Assembly (NCBI GenBank): GCA_011526565.1
Contig: WYBL01000071.1
Span: 5,553-69,552, forward strand
Length of the DNA stretch: 64,000 nt
Origin: Acidobacteriota bacterium
GTDB lineage: Bacteria > Acidobacteriota > Vicinamibacteria > Fen-336
Direction of reading: 5' to 3'
Shown: positions 9,705 to 19,152 of the stretch, in pieces
Layout: the number at the start of each line of letters is the position of its first letter
How positions within the stretch are numbered: the stretch's first letter is position 1
Program-made: the position numbers and the translations under genes
The notes under the pieces: generated by a model
The model's input: only the letters and a program-made list of their open reading frames with translations
Databases searched by the model: none
Told to the model about the DNA's origin: nothing

Positions 9705-10595
9705 ATGGCCGCTCCGCGCGTCCCGCTCGGCTGGATCCTGGCCGGGGCCGGCTGCCTCGCCGTCGGCGGCACGGTCGGCACGCTCGTGGTCGGCGGCCTC
9801 GTCTGGTACGCGACGACCCGCGGCGAGGGCTCGGGCGCGCCGGACCCGAATCGCAAGCCGCGCGCGAACAAGTTCACGGGCACGGTGCGCGACGAGCGCG
9901 GCCAGCCGATCCGCCTGCCCGGCGCCAACGTCCGCGTGATGATCGAAGGCGTCGCCGAGCGCAGCGCCGAGCGCGTCAGCTACCAGCCGGCGGTCGACCG
10001 CGCGGGCCACTTCCAGGTCCAGCTCGTGGCCGGCAACTACCACCCGCCGCGCGCGCAGGTGGAGATCGCCTTCGGCGGGCAGCGCTTCATCCTGGAGCTG
10101 CACCCCGTGCAGCCCAACGCGTCCGATCGCCCGTCGCGCCCCGGCATCCTCCAGGACTTCGTGTGGAAGCTGACCGGCGAACGCGCGCTCTACGCGGGTG
10201 CCGCCAGCCCGAAGAACCACACCCACTGGTACGGCGCCTCGGTCCATGTCAGCCGCAGCCTGTACCGCAACGACCTGAAACGCCCGACCGGCCCGCTCGC
10301 CGCCGGCACCCGCTTCGTGTTCTCGCTGACGCCGCAGGGCCCGCGCGTCGACGGCTCGCCGGCCACCGTGGTCCGTTTCGAGCGCACCTGGACCGGCAGC
10401 GAGCTCGACAACGAGCTGCTCAACGACATCCCGCTCGCGCAATACGTGCTGACCGGGGTGCAGGTGGGAGCCGACGGCCAGCGCCCGCTGGTCTTCGAGA
10501 CGAGCTACGCGAAGTTCGAGCCGCAGCAGGCGATCACCTTCGCGGCCAACATCGGCACGCCGCAGGTGCCGATCCTCTCGTTCGACGCGCAGTGA
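9705..10595 (+). CDS. membrane-anchored hypothetical protein (beta-rich ectodomain)
   Basis: ATG 9705. One N-terminal TM helix (LGWILAGAGCLAVGGTVGTLVVGGLVWYA), then GTVRDERGQPIRLPGANVRV, a carboxypeptidase-regulatory-like strand pattern. No catalytic motif was recognised. Confidence 0.6.
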   Translation: MAAPRVPLGWILAGAGCLAVGGTVGTLVVGGLVWYATTRGEGSGAPDPNRKPRANKFTGTVRDERGQPIRLPGANVRVMIEGVAERSAERVSYQPAVDRAGHFQVQLVAGNYHPPRAQVEIAFGGQRFILELHPVQPNASDRPSRPGILQDFVWKLTGERALYAGAASPKNHTHWYGASVHVSRSLYRNDLKRPTGPLAAGTRFVFSLTPQGPRVDGSPATVVRFERTWTGSELDNELLNDIPLAQYVLTGVQVGADGQRPLVFETSYAKFEPQQAITFAANIGTPQVPILSFDAQ

Positions 10596-11521
10596 AGCCG
10601 CGGCGGACACGGCGGTCGCGCCCCGCGGTGCCCGGGGCGGAGCAGCGCAGGCTCGTGCGGGCGGCGCTCGCCCACGGCCGCGCCCGCGTGGACGCGCTGC
10701 GCGCGGCCCGGCGCCGCGGCCCCGCCGCCGCCGCCCGCGGCAGCCAGGGGCTGGTGATCGCCGAGGGCGACTCCTGGTTCGACTACCCGTTCTTCGACGT
10801 GCTCGGTGCGCTCGAGGAGCGCCACGGCTTCCGCGTCGAGTCGGTCGCCCACCGCGGCGACTCCGCGGAGTCGATGGCGTGGGACCCGTCGCAGCTCGCG
10901 CGCTCGGCGCGGCTGTTCGAGCGCCTCGCCCGCGAGGGTGCCATGCCGCGCGCGATCCTGCTCTCCGCCGGCGGCAACGACGTGGCCGGCGAGGAGCTGC
11001 GGGTGCTGCTCAACCACGCGGCCTCGGGGCTGCCCGCGCTCAACGACAAGGTCGTCGACGGCGTGCTCGGCGAGCGCGTGCGCTTCGCCCTCGCCAGCGT
11101 GATCGCGTCGCTGACCGAACTCTCGAAGGAGCACTTCCGCCGCGCCGTGCCCGTGCTGGTCCACGGCTACGACCACCCCGTGCCCGACGGCCGCGGGTAC
11201 GCGGGCGGCTTCTGGTTCCTGCCCGGCCCCTGGCTGCAGCCCGCGTTCCACCGGAAGGGCCACCTCGATCTCGCCCGCAACGCCCTGGTGATGCGCGACC
11301 TGATGGACCGTTTCAACGCGCTGCTCGCCACGCTGCCCGCGCACCCCGGCCTCGGCCACGTCACCCACCTCGACCTGCGCGGCACGCTCCTCGGCGAGGT
11401 TCGCGGCGCCCGCTACCGCCAGCACTGGGGCGACGAACTGCACCCCACCCGCGCCGGCTTCGCCGCGATCGCCCAGCGCTTCGCCGACGCCCTCTCCCTC
11501 TTGCCGCACCCCCGCGCCTGA
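10592..11521 (+). CDS. SGNH/GDSL hydrolase family protein
   Basis: GTG 10592 overlaps the upstream stop (aGTGA). SGNH blocks are present: GDSW (I), SAGGND (II/III) and DELHP (V). The Arg-rich N-terminus makes the exact start uncertain. Confidence 0.7.
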   Translation: MKPRRTRRSRPAVPGAEQRRLVRAALAHGRARVDALRAARRRGPAAAARGSQGLVIAEGDSWFDYPFFDVLGALEERHGFRVESVAHRGDSAESMAWDPSQLARSARLFERLAREGAMPRAILLSAGGNDVAGEELRVLLNHAASGLPALNDKVVDGVLGERVRFALASVIASLTELSKEHFRRAVPVLVHGYDHPVPDGRGYAGGFWFLPGPWLQPAFHRKGHLDLARNALVMRDLMDRFNALLATLPAHPGLGHVTHLDLRGTLLGEVRGARYRQHWGDELHPTRAGFAAIAQRFADALSLLPHPRA

Positions 11522-11539
11522 CCGTCGGCGGTCCCCGCG

Positions 11540-11569
11540 TTGACGGGTCGCCGTAAGGTGCAGTATGTC
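11540..11569 (+). promoter_or_regulatory. candidate sigma70-like promoter of vapBC-1
   Basis: TTGACG (11540-11545), 18-nt spacer, TATGTC (11564-11569). This would give a near-leaderless transcript if translation starts at ATG 11577. Confidence 0.2.
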
Positions 11570-11822
11570 TCGCCATATGAAGACGACCGTGGAGATTGCG
11601 GACGGGCTGTTCGCGGAGGCCCGGAAGGTCGCCGAGCGGGAGCACACGACGCTGCGGTCGCTGGTCGAGGAGGGGCTGCGCAAGGTGGTCGCGGAGCGCA
11701 AGCGGCCGGCCCGGTTCCGGCTCCGGCGCGCCAGCTTCAAGGGCCAGGGACTCCAGCCGCCGCTCGTCGAGTCCTCCTGCGACCGAATCCGGGACATGTC
11801 CTACGAGGGCCGCGGGGCGTGA
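11565..11822 (+). CDS. vapB: type II antitoxin, VapB family
   Basis: 85-aa ORF. MKTTVEIADGLFAEARKVAEREHTTLRSLVEEGLR is a typical VapB N-terminus, so the likely true start is ATG 11577. The stop overlaps the GTG of the PIN gene (GTGA). Confidence 0.75.
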   Translation: MSRHMKTTVEIADGLFAEARKVAEREHTTLRSLVEEGLRKVVAERKRPARFRLRRASFKGQGLQPPLVESSCDRIRDMSYEGRGA

Positions 11823-12257
11823 TCGCGGTCGACACCAACATCCTCGTGTACGCGCACCGCGCGGATTCGACATGGCATGCGCGAGCGAGCGAACGAGCGG
11901 CTCACGAAGCTGGCCGAGGGGCGGGCTCCGTGGGCGCTGGCCTGGCCGTGCGTCCACGAGTTCCTGGCCATCGTGACGCATCCCCGCATCTACGCGCCGC
12001 CGACGCCGCTGGCCCTCGCGATCGACCAGGTCGAGGCCTGGATGGAGTCTCCGAGCCTGGTCCTCCTGGGCGAGGGGCCGGGTTACTCGACGACGCTTCG
12101 GGAGCTGCTTGCGGCGGGGCGGATCGACGGCCCGCGGGTGCACGACGCCCGTGTGGCCGCCTTGTGCGCGCAGCACGGTGTCAGCGAGTTGTGGTCGGCG
12201 GACCGCGACTTCAGCCGCTTCGGCGGCCTCGTCGTGCGCAACCCCCTGATCGGGTGA
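11819..12257 (+). pseudogene. vapC: PIN-domain toxin VapC, frameshifted
   Basis: The N-terminus VIAVDTNILVYAHRADSTWHARASER carries the first catalytic Asp and reads from GTG 11819. The rest of the PIN domain (LTKLAEGRAPWALAWPCVHEFLAIVTHPRIY...) is one frame over, in track ORF 11877-12257. A single-nt indel between about 11880 and 11900 joins them. Confidence 0.65.
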
Positions 12258-12273
12258 CCGCGCAGCCGCGCGC

Positions 12274-12303
12274 TTGACCCGGCCGCGCGGGCGGGCGTAG
12301 CGT
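12274..12303 (+). promoter_or_regulatory. candidate sigma70-like promoter
   Basis: TTGACC (12274-12279), 18-nt spacer, TAGCGT (12298-12303). AAGGAG at 12325-12330 is followed by ATG 12339. Confidence 0.3.
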
Positions 12304-12338
12304 CGGCCATCCCCGTCCTTCGCGAAGGAGCCAAGAGA

Positions 12339-12740
12339 ATGAACTGGACCCGCGTGGCCCTGGGCGGCGCCGTCGCCGGCGTCGTGACCTGGATCTCCGA
12401 CTTCGTCCTGCACGGCCAGGTGATGGCCGCGACCTACAAGCGGCTGCCGCAGGTCTACACGCAGGAAGCGGGGAACCCGATGCACTTCCTGCTGGTGGCG
12501 GTGACGATCTGCTTCATGTCGGCGCTGCTGTTCGCGCGAACCCGCTCGCACTGGGGCGCCGGCCCGAAAGGCGGCCTCACGTTCGGCTTCTTCCTCGGCC
12601 TCGTCGTCTTCTTCCAGCGCTTCTACGACCCGCTGGTGATCGACGGCTATCCCTACTACCTCGCCTGGTGCCAGGGGGGCATCGCGATGATCGACTGCCT
12701 GCTCGCCGGCGCGGTGATCGGCGCCATCGTCAAGGAGTAG
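12339..12740 (+). CDS. small integral membrane protein (about 4 TM), hypothetical
   Basis: 133-aa ORF with a good RBS and four hydrophobic segments. No family was recognised with confidence. Confidence 0.6.
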   Translation: MNWTRVALGGAVAGVVTWISDFVLHGQVMAATYKRLPQVYTQEAGNPMHFLLVAVTICFMSALLFARTRSHWGAGPKGGLTFGFFLGLVVFFQRFYDPLVIDGYPYYLAWCQGGIAMIDCLLAGAVIGAIVKE

Positions 12741-12761
12741 CCCGATAATCGCCGGAGGCCG

Positions 12762-13547
12762 ATGGACAACATCTACATCCGGCTGACCCGGGAGTTCAAC
12801 GACGGTCGGCTGCGGGCCCTCCTGGCCTCGGGCCAGGCCGTCGTCCTCTACCGCCTCGCGATCATGAGCAAGGACGGCGACTGGATCCTGCGCGAAGACA
12901 CGGAAGCGCTGGACCACGTGATCGCGACTCTGGGCCGCCGCGGGGCTCGGTACCGCTACGGCGCGCCTCTCGACCTGCGCTGGATGGCGCACGGCTGGAG
13001 TTCGCACTTCGAGTTTCGGGAGAACGCGCTGCGCGTTCGCTGCGATTTCGTGACGCGCCCACCGCGTGTGTCGCCGCCCACCCTGGAGGCGTTGTGGGCA
13101 TCGCCCGTCCAGAAGGAGGCGCCCACCGTCAGCCTGCCGGTGCTCGCCGAGCTCAAGAAGACGAACCGCGAAAAGGACTATGCCGTCATCGGCGAAGTCG
13201 CGCGCCAGATGGATGCCCCCCGCCTCGAGGCGCTCTACTCGCGCAGCGCGCGAGACCTCGTCCGGCTGGCCCGTGAGCATCCCGAAGCCTTCCGCCAGGC
13301 CGCGGCCGATCGGCCCTTGCTCGCCAGCGTCGACAAGGGCCGCGAGGAGATCGAGCGCCTGCTCGACGAGGAGCGCCGGGATCTGATCCGGAAGAACGAG
13401 GAGCGCCTCGATCGCTACCTGGGCGCCGCGGCAGGTTGGGCCGAGCAGTGGCCGAGGGTGTCGAAAGCCATCGCCGACCGGCCGCTCGCCGAGGCCCATG
13501 CGATCATGGCCGCGGAGGCGAGCGAGTACCTGCCGCACGAGCCATGA
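12762..13547 (+). CDS. hypothetical protein with putative minimal nucleotidyltransferase-like N-terminus
   Basis: 261-aa ORF. SGQAVVLYRLAIMSKDGDWIL fits the G[GS]-x(9-13)-DxD pattern of Pol-beta-type/AbiEii-like nucleotidyltransferases. The C-terminal half is helical. The function is inferred only. Confidence 0.55.
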   Translation: MDNIYIRLTREFNDGRLRALLASGQAVVLYRLAIMSKDGDWILREDTEALDHVIATLGRRGARYRYGAPLDLRWMAHGWSSHFEFRENALRVRCDFVTRPPRVSPPTLEALWASPVQKEAPTVSLPVLAELKKTNREKDYAVIGEVARQMDAPRLEALYSRSARDLVRLAREHPEAFRQAAADRPLLASVDKGREEIERLLDEERRDLIRKNEERLDRYLGAAAGWAEQWPRVSKAIADRPLAEAHAIMAAEASEYLPHEP

Positions 13548-13723
13548 GCGAGCGCCGCGACGAGTTCCTGAGCGACGAGGACCTGGACCTCCGCAACCTC
13601 CCTGACGAGGAACTGGAGGCCTACTGGAACCTCTGGCTCCTGCAGGCGCAGATCACGAACGACGCCGATCGCGCGCTGTACTCGCACGGCGTCTTCGCCC
13701 GCGACCCCGCCCCGGGCCCCTGA
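13544..13723 (+). CDS. small acidic hypothetical protein (59 aa), translationally coupled
   Basis: ATG 13544 overlaps the upstream stop (ATGA). Sequence MSERRDEFLSDEDLDLRNLPDEELEAYWNLW... is strongly acidic. Confidence 0.45.
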   Translation: MSERRDEFLSDEDLDLRNLPDEELEAYWNLWLLQAQITNDADRALYSHGVFARDPAPGP

Positions 13724-13915
13724 AATCGGCCCCCACCTCGCCGGGCGGAGCGTGCGCTGGACCCGGCGCCACGCACGCGCGTTCGCGAAGCCGCTCGGGC
13801 CGGGCCGACAGCTCGTGGTGGATCTCCGGACGCAACAGGAAAGATCGCTCGAAATCACAGAACCGAAAGCGGAAATCCAGCGCCACGGGGCCGTGTTCCG
13901 CGAGGGACTCGCCCG

Positions 13916-13938
13916 TGATTACAATGCAATCATTGATA
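13916..13938. promoter_or_regulatory. AT-rich nested short palindromes, candidate operator of vapBC-2
   Basis: TGATTACAATGCAATCATTGATA contains TGATT/AATCA, CAATG/CATTG and ATCA-T-TGAT. It lies 30 nt upstream of the antitoxin start. Confidence 0.3.
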
Positions 13939-13967
13939 GCACACGGCGGTCCGTGGAGGGGGTTCCG

Positions 13968-14234
13968 ATGGCGAGCATCACGATCCGCAACCTCGACGAG
14001 AAGACGAAGTCCCGGCTGCGCGTGCGCGCCGCTCACCACGACCGGTCGATGGAGGAAGAGGCTCGGAACATCCTGCGCCTGGCCCTGGCGGAAGGCGAGC
14101 CCGCGCCGGCAAGCCTCGCGGAAGCGATCGCCCGACGTTTCCGCGGCCTCGACGCATCCGGGCTGCAGATCCCTCCCCGGGAACCGATGCGCGAGCCGCC
14201 CCGCCCCGCCGCGGCGCGGCGGAGGGCGCGTTGA
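13968..14234 (+). CDS. vapB: type II antitoxin (FitA/VapB, plasmid-stability StbC-like)
   Basis: ATG 13968 follows GGAGGGGG. MASITIRNLDEKTKSRLRVRAAHHDRSMEEEARNILR is the typical FitA-like ribbon-helix-helix N-terminus. Confidence 0.75.
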   Translation: MASITIRNLDEKTKSRLRVRAAHHDRSMEEEARNILRLALAEGEPAPASLAEAIARRFRGLDASGLQIPPREPMREPPRPAAARRRAR

Positions 14235-14650
14235 TCATCCTCGACACCAACGTCGTCTCGGAACTGATGAAGCCGGTGCCGGCCGCGGCGGTCGGCGCCT
14301 GGGTGTCGCGCCAGGCGTCGTCGGCCCTGTACACGACGAGCATCACCGAGGCCGAGATCCTCCACGGTGTGGCGCTGCTGCCGGCCAGCCAGCGCCGCAC
14401 CCGCCTGCAGGCCGCGGCCGAAGCCATGTTCGCGGAGGACTTCCGGGGGCGGGTTCTCCCGTTCGCCTCGGCGGCCGCGCGGGCGTATGCGCTGATCGCC
14501 GCCGAGCGCCGTCGGGCCGGTCGTCCGATCTCGCACTTCGATGTCCAGATCGCGGCCATCGCCCGGTCGACCGGGGCGGCGGTAGCGACTCGCAACACGC
14601 CGGACTTCGAGGGGTGCGGCCTCGAGCTGGTCGATCCCTGGCGCCGCTGA
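14231..14650 (+). CDS. vapC: PIN-domain toxin (VapC/FitB)
   Basis: TTG 14231 overlaps the antitoxin stop (TTGA). [26 protein letters not shown] and ATRNTPDF are PIN acidic-residue motifs, all intact. Confidence 0.85.
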   Translation: MIILDTNVVSELMKPVPAAAVGAWVSRQASSALYTTSITEAEILHGVALLPASQRRTRLQAAAEAMFAEDFRGRVLPFASAAARAYALIAAERRRAGRPISHFDVQIAAIARSTGAAVATRNTPDFEGCGLELVDPWRR

Positions 14651-14671
14651 ACGCGGGGCAGGCCCGGCTCG

Positions 14672-16840
<2,169 letters not shown>

Positions 16841-16918
16841 GATGGACGGCGGATGGTATGCGCCCCGCGCGACAGGCGCAATGCAGCCGCCGGCGGACGG
16901 TTCAGCCCTTGCGCAGTT

Positions 16919-17083
16919 TCAGCGCCACGACTCGATCGTCTTCTCCATCTCCTCGTTCGAGATGACCCGGCCCGCCTCGACGTCAGCCAGGCCCCGCTCC
17001 ACCATGCGGTTCATGACCAGCTCCTCGAGGATTTCGTCGCAGGAGAGGTCGCCCTCGGCTTCGTCGTTCACGATGCTCTTCAC
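16919..17083 (-). CDS. small acidic protein resembling the C-terminal half of ParD/RelB-type antitoxins
   Basis: GTG 17083 overlaps the stop of the upstream RHH gene (GTGA). Alternative starts are ATG 17092 and 17110. The C-terminus ERGLADVEAGRVISNEEMEKTIESW is antitoxin-like, from memory. Confidence 0.45.
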   Translation of the reverse strand: MKSIVNDEAEGDLSCDEILEELVMNRMVERGLADVEAGRVISNEEMEKTIESWR

Positions 17084-17328
17084 TCGGACCATGCCTGCTC
17101 CCTCGTCCATCCGTCGAACTCGCCGGGTGCCACAGGGTGCCTCGCATAGCCGCGACGGTGGCGCTCTTCCTTCTCGATCGTCGGCAGCCTGGTCAAGGCC
17201 TGCTCGAGGGCGTCTCGGGTGAACGCCGAGCGCGTGGTACCCAGGCGGCGCACAGCCTTGTCCACGCGCTGAGCCAGGCGTTCGTCGATCGTCACCCGGA
17301 CCGTTCTCATGTCGTCAGTATCCGCCAT
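17080..17328 (-). CDS. ribbon-helix-helix (CopG family) antitoxin-like regulator
   Basis: 82 aa from ATG 17328. MRTVRVTIDERLAQRVDKAVRRLGTTRSAFTRDALEQAL is an RHH. The tail EERHRRGYARHPVAPGEFDGW is recalled from CopG-type partners of MazF/PemK toxins. Confidence 0.7.
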   Translation of the reverse strand: MADTDDMRTVRVTIDERLAQRVDKAVRRLGTTRSAFTRDALEQALTRLPTIEKEERHRRGYARHPVAPGEFDGWTREQAWSE

Positions 17329-17423
17329 CGCCACGCTGACCGTGTCCCACAGTAGAGCCCCCGCGCCGAGCATCAACCGGGCTTCGGCCACCGGAGGTCC
17401 CTGTCGCGCTCGTATACTGAGTC

Positions 17424-17642
17424 GTGCGCTCCGAGGTTGCCGAGACGCTGCGCCGTGAGGCGCAGGCAGAGGTGCTCGCGCTGTCTCCCGCGGAGCGCTA
17501 CGCGCTCGCGCACCGGTTGGGCGAGGAGGACGCCCGGCGCCACGCGGCCGCCCGCGGGTTGCCCCTCGAAGAGGCCCGCCGACGCCTCTCGGCCGCACGC
17601 GCCGTGGGCCGTCGTCCCTCCTGCGCGCAGGCTCTCGATTGA
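17424..17642 (+). CDS. small hypothetical protein (72 aa), putative partner of the downstream nucleotidyltransferase remnant
   Basis: GTG start; Arg/Ala/Glu-rich helical protein. Its stop overlaps the TTG of the following fragment (TTGA). Confidence 0.4.
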   Translation: MRSEVAETLRREAQAEVLALSPAERYALAHRLGEEDARRHAAARGLPLEEARRRLSAARAVGRRPSCAQALD

Positions 17643-17791
17643 CCCTGCTGGCGGACGTCGTCGCGCACCTGGCGTCCGCCGGAGTCGCCCACGGATTGAT
17701 CGGCGCTGCCGCGCTGGCGGTTCACGGTGTCGCCCGCTCGTGGGAACGCGTACGGCCCACGCCGGGGACCCGGAGCGGCGAATCCGCCTGA
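17639..17791 (+). pseudogene. 5' remnant of a nucleotidyltransferase-fold gene
   Basis: LTLLADVVAHLASAGVAHGLIGAAALAVHGVARS matches N-termini of small nucleotidyltransferase proteins up to just before the DxD motif. It then reads WERVRPTPGTRSGESA-stop, so it is truncated. Confidence 0.4.
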
Positions 17792-17827
17792 AGTCGCCCA
17801 GGGCGGAGGGCTTCGGTTGTCCCGTCG

Positions 17828-18085
17828 TCAGGCCGCCTCTTCGACTCCCTGGGCCGCGTACAGTGTCTCGGGCGCGATGTCGGCGCCGTTCGGCCACCCG
17901 ATGGTTCCGCCGTCGAGGAAGAAGCGGCTGAAGTAGGCCTGGTCCTTGAGCGGCTCGAACACGGGCCCCTTGAGCCACTGGGCGAAGTCGAGCGTCTTCT
18001 CACGGCCATCGTCGAACCACACGTGGATCCGATGGGCTCCACGGTACTCCGCCTTGACGACGCAAGGTAGGGTACTCACTGCCAC
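17828..18085 (-). CDS. DUF2442 domain protein
   Basis: GTG 18085 (or 18079). VVKAEYRGAHRIHVWFDDGREKTLDFAQWLKGPVFEPLKDQAYFSRFFLDGGTIGWPNGADIAPETLY is a typical DUF2442 sequence. Confidence 0.7.
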   Translation of the reverse strand: MAVSTLPCVVKAEYRGAHRIHVWFDDGREKTLDFAQWLKGPVFEPLKDQAYFSRFFLDGGTIGWPNGADIAPETLYAAQGVEEAA

Positions 18086-18086
18086 C

Positions 18087-18503
18087 TCACTCCAGGGGCT
18101 CGATCCGCTCGAGGGCCCGCCCCTCCTTCCATGTTCGCCCAGTTCGACTCGAGTTGGGAGGCGTGAGCCGCTGTCCATTCCCGGATGAGCCGGAGGGCTG
18201 TCGAGGACCGCATGTCGCCCGCAAGGAGCCTGCCCGTGAAGTCGAAGGTCGCCCGTCGATCTGGCGGGCGGCGAGATCCACGTCTCGCGTCGGACGACGC
18301 ACGTCGAACGCGGCCAGCAGGACGCCTCCCTTGAGTGCCAGTCGATGGGCGTGGCGCGATGACGCGATACGCGCCACCAGGCATTCCAGGGCGTAGAGCC
18401 GCAGCAACTCGTCCGTGGGCCGATCTTGCTGTCTTGCGAGACGCCGCAGTTGGAGATAGACGCGCCCGGCCACCTCGGCTCGCGTCGGACGAGGTGCGGT
18501 CAC
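18087..18503 (-). pseudogene. chimeric remnant: AbiEii toxin N-terminus fused to a 5'-truncated, frameshifted DUF4160 gene
   Basis: GTG 18503 overlaps the abiEi stop (GTGA). PTRAEVAGRVYLQLRRLARQQDRPTDELLRLYALECLVARIASSRHAHRLALKGGVLLAAFDVRRPTRDVDLAA is the AbiEii (DUF1814) N-terminus through the NTase motif. From about 18252 a second frame reads the DUF4160 C-terminal half (ATFDFTGRLLAGDMRSSTALRLIREWTAAHASQLESNWANMEGG). Its last residues (RALERIEPLE) are back in the first frame after a C4/G4 run at 18120-18123. Confidence 0.55.
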
Positions 18504-19087
18504 AACAGGATCTCCAGGGCCCGGGCGATGACGGTCGCAGCCCGGGGATCGATGGCGCGCGCCACCGCCAGGAGCGAAGCGGGCTGCGAGCCACGCCTTC
18601 GCAGCCACGCCTTCAGCGCCTCCAGGCCCTGCTCGTGGCCCTCCCGGTGCCGCAACCGGAACGAGTCGACGATCGACCGCGGTGGGTCGTAAAGCCCGAG
18701 CTTGCGACCGTCGACGTCGACAGTGCCTCGGCCGATCTCGAAGGTGGACGCGGCGAAGCGGTGCCAGGTTACGGGTAGCCGCGTCGCCGGCAGGCGAGTG
18801 CCGCGGGGTAGCGCGAGGTCGATACTCCCCGGGATCGCGTCGATCAGTTCGTGGCGTGCAAGGGCGCTGGCCAAACAGAGCGTCGCCCGTGGGGCGACGA
18901 GAGCGGCGGCCGCCAGTTCGGGGTCGTCGCCCACGGAGTCCGTGCGGGAGAAGAGTCCGCGCCCGCGCCGCTCGATGGCTCCACTGTCCAGGAGCGCCTG
19001 AAGTCCGCGGCGGCTCAGACCCAGGCGCATGGCCTGGGAGAAGGTGAACGTCGGCGGCAGTGCGATCGCGCTCCGCATGGCAATCAT
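18500..19087 (-). CDS. abiEi: type IV TA system antitoxin AbiEi
   Basis: LPPTFTFSQAMRLGLSRRGLQALLDSGAIERRGRGLFS is the AbiEi wHTH N-terminus, and the C-terminal domain is present. Start is ATG 19087 or 19078; the track ORF begins at TTG 19117. Confidence 0.8.
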   Translation of the reverse strand: MIAMRSAIALPPTFTFSQAMRLGLSRRGLQALLDSGAIERRGRGLFSRTDSVGDDPELAAAALVAPRATLCLASALARHELIDAIPGSIDLALPRGTRLPATRLPVTWHRFAASTFEIGRGTVDVDGRKLGLYDPPRSIVDSFRLRHREGHEQGLEALKAWLRRRGSQPASLLAVARAIDPRAATVIARALEILL

Positions 19088-19138
19088 CCGTACGAAAGTG
19101 TACCCAGATGGCTCCAATGTGGCAACGTTTACGTACGG
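19088..19138. promoter_or_regulatory. inverted repeat in the abiEi upstream region
   Basis: CCGTACG (19088-19094) and CGTACGG (19132-19138) are 7-bp inverted arms in a relatively AT-rich stretch. AbiEi proteins are known to autoregulate through promoter repeats. Confidence 0.25.
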
Positions 19139-19152
19139 AGTCCGCTGAACCC

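Noticed and set aside
13653-14039. Minus-strand 128-aa ORF across the 244-nt spacer before vapBC-2, as a possible gene remnant (…GESLAEHGPVALDFRFRFCDFERSFLLRPEIHHEL…).
   Set aside because: It has no recognisable family and overlaps the well-supported antitoxin start. It could be a relic of a lost gene, but I cannot support that from the sequence alone.
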